20,553 bases of DNA. It comes from Candidatus Brocadiia bacterium (GTDB lineage Bacteria > Planctomycetota > Brocadiia > SM23-32). Where the stretch lies: positions 1 through 20,553 of the forward strand of contig JBKHIT010000075.1 in NCBI GenBank assembly GCA_046538485.1, written 5' to 3'. The position numbers were made by a program, and so were the translations under genes. The number at the start of each line of letters is the position of its first letter. Within the stretch, counting starts at the first letter, position 1. The notes under the pieces are model-generated. The model was not told the DNA's origin. It made no database searches and saw only the letters and a program-made list of their open reading frames with translations. Shown piece by piece: positions 1-7,000 of this stretch.

Positions 1-75
1 GCGGTAGACTACATCGGGGGTGCTGCAGGGTCCTTAGTAAGCTCTGCCGGTGAAAGTGATATTTCCGGAAATTGA
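1..75 (+). CDS. Possible 3' end of an upstream gene (…AVDYIGGAAGSLVSSAGESDISGN*), function unknown
   Basis: Frame 1 is open from the window edge to TGA at 73-75, and non-coding repeats follow. Too short to identify. Confidence 0.3.
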   Translation, partial: AVDYIGGAAGSLVSSAGESDISGN

Positions 76-118
76 ATCCCCCACGGGGGGCGCCGCTTTT
101 AATTTGTCAGTGCCAACG

Positions 119-487
119 TTTCGGGACGCGTTCTATTTTTCGCCCCTGGACTATTGGTCCCTGACACTTGATTTTACCGGTGCAGAGCAGTTCTGCCGAG
201 GTCAGTTCGAGGCGCGGCGCCAAAGGTGACCCAGCCGGGTCCCTGCGAAGCCGCAACGAAGAAATGGCCCGGCAGAATTGCTCCCTACGGGTCGTGCGCT
301 GGCAGCCCATATGCGGTGTTGCAGTTCGGCGTGGACCCGTTTGGGTCGAACTTCTCACTGCGCCTTGCATATGCACTACCAGCGCCCGACTGAACCGGTA
401 AAATCAAGTGTCAGGGACCACTAGGAACTCCGGCGGCTGACGGCACCTTCGCACGGCGCTACACGCTGAGGCACTCCTTCGGAGCGC
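119..487. repeat. REP-like unit interrupted by the 268-bp element
   Basis: Joining 119-153 (TTCGGGACGCGTTCTATTTTTCGCCCCTGGAC) to 424-487 (GGAACTCCGGCGGCTGACGGCACCTTCGCACGGCGCTAC...) gives a sequence colinear with the uninterrupted unit at 771-872. Confidence 0.7.
154..421. mobile_element. 268-bp MITE-like structured element, copy 1
   Basis: Terminal inverted repeats at 155-185 (TGGTCCCTGACACTTGATTTTACCGGTGCAG) and 390-420 match at 30/31. TA flanks both sides (152-153, 422-423), reconstructing a CTAG target. A homologous copy lies at 16391-16658 in the opposite orientation. No transposase is encoded. Confidence 0.8.
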
Positions 488-527
488 TGAACGATCCACG
501 GGGGGGCTCCCCGTCGCGACGGTAGGA

Positions 528-872
528 GCCCCTGAAAGGGGCGATTGAGAGCGTAGCCCCCGGCGACTCCGCGGAGCGGGGGAGCCGGGGGTTGGCAGGA
601 TGCCAGCAAATCCCCGCCCCGACGGGGCGGCTGAGCGCGGAAAATGTCAAGCTGCCACTTTGTTGCGCCAGCTCCAGTCCCTTATCCGTTCACTAACTGT
701 CGTTCGACAGTCGTTCGACAACTATCAACTAGCAACTCAGTACGAGCTCCAGTCTCCTCTCAAGCGCCCCTTCGGGACGCAGTTCATTTTTTCGCCCCCT
801 GAGACCCCGAACTCCGGCGCCTGGTGGCGCCTTCGCACGGGGCTACGCTCTCAGGCGGCCCTTTGGGCCGCG
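528..872. repeat. REPIN-like inverted pair of REP-like units (about 528-632 and about 764-872)
   Basis: Exact 15-bp inverted repeat TGAGAGCGTAGCCCC (546-560) / GGGGCTACGCTCTCA (839-853), flanked by short GC hairpins (GCCCCTGAAAGGGGC, CGCCCCGACGGGGCG, CGCCCCTTCGGGACG, GCGGCCCTTTGGGCCGC). Confidence 0.65.
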
Positions 873-913
873 TTTGTTTGTTCTCTCTTTTACCGTAAGG
901 CAAAACGACCGAA

Positions 914-938
914 CCCCTGAAGGGCCTCACTACGAACC
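914..938. repeat. Single REP-like half-site (CCCCTGAAGGGCCTCACTACGAACC)
   Basis: Short hairpin followed by CTAC (GTAG on the minus strand), the typical REP layout. No partner half-site is visible. Confidence 0.3.
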
Positions 939-1410
939 TGACGCTGGTCTCGGGGCTTGCGTTAACTGCGGGAACGTACAAATCACGGAACGCGACAGAA
1001 AACAACGAGTCCCTTTGGTCTCTTCCGTCCCTTCTGCCCGCAACCCATCGCCTGGGGGGAGCCGCCGTTGGTCGTTCTGGTGTTTTCCTGCGAGACCTCT
1101 CGGTTTATGGGCCGCCTTCTGAACTCCAGCCCACGGCTCAATCCAGCATTCTGTTCCGAAGGAAAATTAAGGACTTTGCGCCCCGCCCGATGGCAGAGTC
1201 AGCCGGGATTTTCGGGAAATGTCCGGCTGCCGGCCACCGCAAAGACCCGCGGCGCAAATCCCCTGTCATCCTTCTCAGCCTTGACCTCTTTCACTTTGTT
1301 GAGTACAGTGTCTGAATGACGCCCACGGCCGATGGCAAAGGAAACCATGCCAGAAACCACGAATAGGTATTGCCTGACAGTTACTGATTTGAGATCATCT
1401 CCATTAAGAC

Positions 1411-1457
1411 GTTACCTCGTGGTAACATATTGACAACAAGGAAGAGTTTCCCAAAAT
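1411..1457 (+). promoter_or_regulatory. Putative sigma70-type promoter for tRNA-Ser/dinB with an adjacent palindromic operator
   Basis: TTGACA at 1430-1435 and a weak -10 (CAAAAT, 1452-1457, 16-nt spacer) in an AT-rich stretch. A perfect palindrome GTTACC-N4-GGTAAC lies at 1411-1426. Confidence 0.4.
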
Positions 1458-1504
1458 TGCAACGTTGTCACAACGGCTTTAATAAAAGAGTTTTGCAATA
1501 AGGC

Positions 1505-1598
<94 letters not shown>

Positions 1599-1639
1599 TC
1601 ATCTGGCTCGCGACCAGCAAACAGCGGCGGTAACCCGGG

Positions 1640-2881
1640 ATGGACCCGACAGAGCGCGTCATCATCCATATTGATATGGATGCTTTCTTCGCGGCCATCG
1701 AACAGCGCGATAACCCCGAATACAAAGGCAAACCCGTCGTCGTCGGAGCCGACCCCAAAGGCGGTGAAGGACGCGGGGTCGTCAGCACCTGCTCCTACGA
1801 AGCGCGCGAATATGGTATCCACAGCGCCCAACCCATCAGCGAAGCCTACCGACGCTGTCCCCACGCGGTCTTCCTCCACGTCAGGGGCGAACGTTACGCC
1901 GAAGAATCGCGTCGTATCCGAGACATTCTCCGCGAATTCACACCCGATATCGAACCGATCAGCATCGATGAAGCTTTCCTCGACGTCACCGGCACCATGC
2001 ATCTTTTCGGCGGGAAAAAGGAACTCGCCGCAGAAATCGCCCGGCGAGTCAAAGAACGCACCGGCCTGACCGCTTCCCTCGGGGTCGCGCCAAACAAAAT
2101 GATCGCTAAAATTGCCTCCGATCTCGAAAAACCTGAAGGACTGGTTATTGTTGAACCCGATGAGGTGCGCTCTTTTCTCGATCCGCTCCCGGTCGAAAAA
2201 CTCTGGGGCGTCGGCGAAAAGACGTTGCAATCCCTCCATTCCCGCGGCATTGAGACCATCGGCGATCTCGCCCGCTGCCGGCCCGAAGAACTCGAAAAGG
2301 ATTTCGGCAAACAGGGTCCGCACCTCTGGAAACTCGCTCGCGGGGAAGACCGTCGGCCGGTGGAGACCGAAGATGAAACCAAATCCGTCGGACACGAACA
2401 CACGTTCGAGGTGGATACCGATGATCTCCAGCTCCTGCGGTCCACACTGATGAAACTGTCCGAGAAAGTAGCCCGCCGTCTCCGACGCGGGGGCTGGCAC
2501 GGACGCACCGTCACCACGAAAGTGCGACTTGAAGATTTCAGCACGTTCACGCGTCGCCGCACGCTGGACCGGGCCGTGAACAGCGCCCCGCAGCTTTTCG
2601 AAATCGCCGAGCAGAACTTCCAGCGCGCATACAATGGAGAACAGAAAGTGCGCCTGGTCGGAGTCAGCGTCTCCGGACTGGAACCTGCCACACACAGACA
2701 AACCACGCTTTTTGAAAAAGACAGGGACGGACGCAACCGGCGGGAAAAATGGCGGAAACTCGGCCCTACCATCGATGAGATCGTTGAAAAATTCGGCGAG
2801 GACGCTCTTCAACAGGGAACAAGTTTCCGAATCCGTCAGGAAAATGAGAAAAAAGACCCGGGAAAAGAGGCGGGCACTTGA
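1640..2881 (+). CDS. dinB: DNA polymerase IV (Y-family translesion polymerase)
   Basis: Motifs HIDMDAFFAAIE, SYEAREYGI, SIDEAFLD, NKMIAKIASDLEKPEG, LWGVGEKT and the little-finger VRLVGV, plus a C-terminal clamp-binding-like QTTLF; 413 aa. Confidence 0.96.
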   Translation: MDPTERVIIHIDMDAFFAAIEQRDNPEYKGKPVVVGADPKGGEGRGVVSTCSYEAREYGIHSAQPISEAYRRCPHAVFLHVRGERYAEESRRIRDILREFTPDIEPISIDEAFLDVTGTMHLFGGKKELAAEIARRVKERTGLTASLGVAPNKMIAKIASDLEKPEGLVIVEPDEVRSFLDPLPVEKLWGVGEKTLQSLHSRGIETIGDLARCRPEELEKDFGKQGPHLWKLARGEDRRPVETEDETKSVGHEHTFEVDTDDLQLLRSTLMKLSEKVARRLRRGGWHGRTVTTKVRLEDFSTFTRRRTLDRAVNSAPQLFEIAEQNFQRAYNGEQKVRLVGVSVSGLEPATHRQTTLFEKDRDGRNRREKWRKLGPTIDEIVEKFGEDALQQGTSFRIRQENEKKDPGKEAGT

Positions 2882-2905
2882 CATAAAAATTGGCCGACAT
2901 AGAAT
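2878..2905 (+). promoter_or_regulatory. Putative sigma70 promoter for the DUF1080 gene, overlapping the dinB stop codon
   Basis: TTGACA (2878-2883)-N16-TAGAAT (2900-2905). Downstream are a hairpin GCGGTCG-GCAT-CGACCGC (2929-2946) and the RBS GAGGAGG before the GTG at 2989. Confidence 0.45.
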
Positions 2906-2988
2906 CACCCCCCTGAGAACTATATTAGGCGGTCGGCATCGACCGCGACGCAGGTCTTACTTAATTCAACAGTACGAGGAGGTCGAAA

Positions 2989-3738
2989 GTGGCGGAAAAC
3001 AAACCCGGATACGACGATACGCCCATCATTCCCGGTCAGAATTATAAGGTGCACGACAAAGATAGACCGCAGCCCCCTGTGGTCACGCCCGGAACCGCAA
3101 GCACCCAGGAAGAGCCCGGCGAAGCACCATCCGATGCCGTGGTACTTTTTGACGGTAGCGATCTGTCGGGCTGGACCAACCAGGAAGGCGACGCCCAGTG
3201 GAAGGTCGAAAACGATTATATGGAGGTCAATCCCGGCACAGGCAATATCTGGACAAAACAAGAACTCGGTGACTGCCAGCTGCATGTCGAATGGCGCGCC
3301 CCCGACGAAGTTTCCGGCGAAAGCCAGGGACGGGGCAACAGCGGTGTGTTCCTGATGAAACGTTACGAGATTCAGGTGCTGGATTGTTACGAAAACCCCA
3401 CGTATCCCGACGGTTCGACGGCCGGTATCTACGGCCAGTGCCCCCCACTCGTCAACGCCTGCCGTAAACCGGGCCAGTGGCAGACTTACGATATCGTCTG
3501 GAAAGCACCTCGGTTCCGCGGTGAAAAAGTGCTCTGCCCCGCGCGCGTAACCGTCATCCATAACGGTGTTGTTGTGCATCACGACAAAGAACTTATCGGT
3601 CCTACCACGCATCGGGCCGTCTTGCCTTACGAAGCACATCCCGAAGAACAACCCCTGATGCTTCAGGATCACGGCGATCTGGTGCGGTACCGCAATATCT
3701 GGTACCGGCCGATGACCGATTACGACGAACAGGCTTAA
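2989..3738 (+). CDS. DUF1080 / 3-keto-disaccharide hydrolase family protein
   Basis: Motifs LFDGSDLSGW, QLHVEW, GNSGVFL, YEIQVLD, GQWQTYDI, NGVVVH and LQDHGDLVRYRNIW. GTG start with a strong RBS; no evident signal peptide. Confidence 0.9.
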   Translation: MAENKPGYDDTPIIPGQNYKVHDKDRPQPPVVTPGTASTQEEPGEAPSDAVVLFDGSDLSGWTNQEGDAQWKVENDYMEVNPGTGNIWTKQELGDCQLHVEWRAPDEVSGESQGRGNSGVFLMKRYEIQVLDCYENPTYPDGSTAGIYGQCPPLVNACRKPGQWQTYDIVWKAPRFRGEKVLCPARVTVIHNGVVVHHDKELIGPTTHRAVLPYEAHPEEQPLMLQDHGDLVRYRNIWYRPMTDYDEQA

Positions 3739-4091
3739 CTTGCCTTGAGTCGGCCGAGCAGCATTCCCCCGCCGGAACTGCGGGAAAGTATTCCGTGTTT
3801 CGGCGGGTTTTCTTTGGCATTGGCATGATGATCGTCAGGGGACGGGATTCGGGGGCAAGCCGGTCTTGAAAAATCGCTTTCGTCCAAGGTCGGATTTCTT
3901 AAGCTGCCGTATTTCGTCCCCGGGAATCGCCACATCTTCCCTCCTCCACTGTTTCCCTACTCTGTCTTTCCCTTCTCGCTCCACTGCTCTGGAAATCGGC
4001 CCGCGTTCTGAACTCCAGCCTATTTGATGGCACCTTGCCAGCGCCGCTCTTAATCGGTTTCGTTGCCCACTTTTCAATGGCGCGTCAACCG

Positions 4092-7000
4092 TCAGAAAGC
4101 TTTCTGCACTTCAACACCTTCGCTCTTGCCACGCCGCATCTGATCGAATTTCTGGACGTTCTTACTCTGAATGGCCTGTTGCTGCGCGCGCAGGTTCTCG
4201 GAATAATCAGGAGATTTCTGCTGCTTTTCAACCGGTTTCCTGGGACGTCTCTCCTCCTGACGCGCCCCGAGCCATTTCTCGCCGCGGTAGAACGCGTAAC
4301 GCAATTCGCCTTCGCGCGCGATCACCGTCGCTTTCCCGCGAACATTGTCCGCCACAAAAACACCCCGCAGATCGGTCTCGCCGCTACGGAATTTTTTGTT
4401 AGCACTGCCGATCGCCTTGACATGCACCTCCGGCACGTATTTCTCCTCCACCATATCCCTGACATTGGTACGCACCCGCCCACTGGTAGCATCTTCCTGC
4501 ACTTCGATCTTCATCGGAGTCACCAGAATCATCCCACTGGTGAAGAGGTTGTCACCCCGACAAATCATCAGATAGGCACCTTCCTCCTTGATGGCCAGAT
4601 CCAGCTCCCTCTCCCTGTCGGCGTAGTCTTTCCCGTCGCCGAGCTCAATCGTCTTCTCGACCAGCGGTTCAATTCCGGCGAGGTTGATTCGGGTGATGTT
4701 CGCGAGATTTTTCTCTCGCAGATAAAGTTTCATCAGATCCACCCGATAAACCTGGCAGAAAGCCTCCTTCACGTTGCGGTAGTCGAGTTTCAGGCGCACG
4801 TCTTCGCCGGGACGGAAAATATTGACCTCGTCAATCGAGACGTTTTTCCGCTCGAAATATTCGATCGCCTGTTTCGCATCCGGATACTGGCCCGCAACTT
4901 TCCGATACCATTCGATGGCATCGGAAGCATTCCCCAGGGCGTGATAGATCTGGCCGACGATGTAGCGGGCGAAATCGCGGTCTTTGCTTTTGCCACGCGC
5001 GACAACTTTCGCCCCGGCCAGCGCTTTCTTGTACTTGTGCTGCCAGAAATGGCCGAGCGCGTTCATGTACTGAAACCCGCTCGCCAGTTCGCTGTCCTCG
5101 TAACGCTCGTTGAACCTCTCGCTCAGTTCCACAACGGTTTCGTATTGCTTGAGATCAAGAAGCGCGTTGGAAATACTGAACGCCGCATCATCTGCAAGGG
5201 GATTCTGCGGATACAACGATATAAAATCGAAGAGAAGGTCGACGCTTTGCTCCATCATTGAGAGTTTGTCGAGTTCCTCCGGTTCTTCCCCATCTTCTCC
5301 CCGGCGATCCGCCATCTGCCGGGCCTGTTTGGCCAGTTGATCCGCCTTCGGCGCCTTCTCATACAGCGCCTGAGCAAGTGCAAAATACGACGATACGACC
5401 TGCGGTGAATCGGGATATTCCCGCCAGAGCCGTTTCTGGTACCGAACCGATCCCATGAACTGGCCCTGATCCTCCAGAACGGCGCTAATGTTCGAATCCT
5501 TGACGAAACTCGCCTGGATTGTGGCCTTGAAGATAAGATACGCCCGCTCGAATTCGCCAATATCACGGTAAGCGCGACCCGCCACCAGAATTTTGTCGAA
5601 AGGAATTTCCAATCGGGGATACTTTTCGCGCAGCACCTCGAACGTGTCAACGATCTGCTGAGCATCGTAGAAGCCTTCCGAAGTGAAGATCCAGAACAAC
5701 ATGCGGGCCACTTCCTTCTCGTGATAGCTTCCGCGGTGTTTCATGTTGTACTCGAAGATGTTTCTCAGGTGCGGCAAAGCTTCGTCGTAGAGGCCGTCGT
5801 CAAAATACAGCTTGGCAAGTGCGTAACGTTCGCTCCGGTTCATTTTGTAGGGATCGTCGGACTTTTCGCCCGGCGCCAGCACCCGAAGTTCCGTGCTCTT
5901 CCCCACCCGCATCCGTCCCGGGTGAAGGGCATCGGTAATCACCGTGGGCAAGACCCTGTAGCGTCCGGCCGAATACCCGACAAGCTCATAGCTAAAATCC
6001 CTGACATAATTTCTCGGCCGATAGTACATCACAATCTTGCCGGCGTGAATTTCGTGGTGAATGAAATTCCCGCTCACCGAATCGCGCACGAGCATCAATC
6101 CCGACGGGAGGTTTTCCTCGACGACGAAATAGTTCTTGTTGTTGTGATAATCATAGATATCGATGTGCACCTTCACCCGCTGGCCCACTTCGATGTTGCG
6201 AACCGGCGAACTGCTGGATGCCCCGATCGGACGTCCGCGGTACTGCAACCGGGCATGACGGTAATACCTGTGGCGTACGTAGGGACGGTTCCACGAATGA
6301 GGATCTTTCACGTTCTTCGAAAAACCTCTCAACGTAACGCTGTAGGCATACTCACCGCGACCTTCCATCTGGAAATCGACCTTGTTTTCTCCTTCATTCA
6401 GCATCTCGCGCGGCACCGCCAGATGAACCATACCGTCCGTTTTTTTGCTCTGCAGGACCTCCAGCTTCTTGCCGTTCACCTCGACGCTCAACCGGTAATC
6501 GGCTTCGGCAAATTGAGCTTCCCCGAAATAAGCAGCCAGAGCCGTCACGGCCGGACCGTGGGCTTTTGCCGGCACGAATCCATAAGTCCCCCGACGTCTC
6601 ATGAGATAGTCGGCCGCCTTCTTCACCTCCGGCGATTCCGGTCGCACACGCATCAGAGCCAGAGCCGCGATCGCTGTGGTCTCGACTTCATCGTTGAGCC
6701 AGGCGTAGCTGCCCGAACCTTCCCAGTGCAACATCTCGCGTGGTTTTGTCTCTTTCTTTGCCTTTTTCAAAAGCACGTTCAACATCTCGGAAGCAAACTC
6801 GTTCCTGTCGAGATTCACAAACAGAAGAGCCGTATAAGCAAGAGCCGGATTGCTCAGCGAATTGCGCTCACGGTGAAGCCGGTTCGCGTGCGCAAATTCG
6901 GCTTTCCCGCGCGTCGACAGCGCATGCACAATCACGGCTTTCGCATCGTTATCGGTCGCCGATACGCTCCGGAAACGGTTCTGGAGATATTTCACGGCAT

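Noticed and set aside
107..401. ORFs 107-376 (-), 168-401 (+) and their counterparts at 16433-16630 and 16438-16899
   Set aside because: Their similarity comes from the repeated DNA element. Starts and stops are not conserved between copies, and there are no protein motifs.
699..740. Tandem GTCGTTCGACA x2 and CAACTA(T/G) heptamers as a CRISPR or functional array
   Set aside because: Only 2-3 short adjacent units, with no spacers and no cas genes.
1199..1348. 49-aa minus-strand ORF (MVSFAIGRGRHSD...)
   Set aside because: No RBS or recognisable motif; cannot be distinguished from chance.
3739..4091. Small ORFs in the convergent gap (3735-3935, 3835-4077)
   Set aside because: No motifs or clear translation signals; treated as non-coding.
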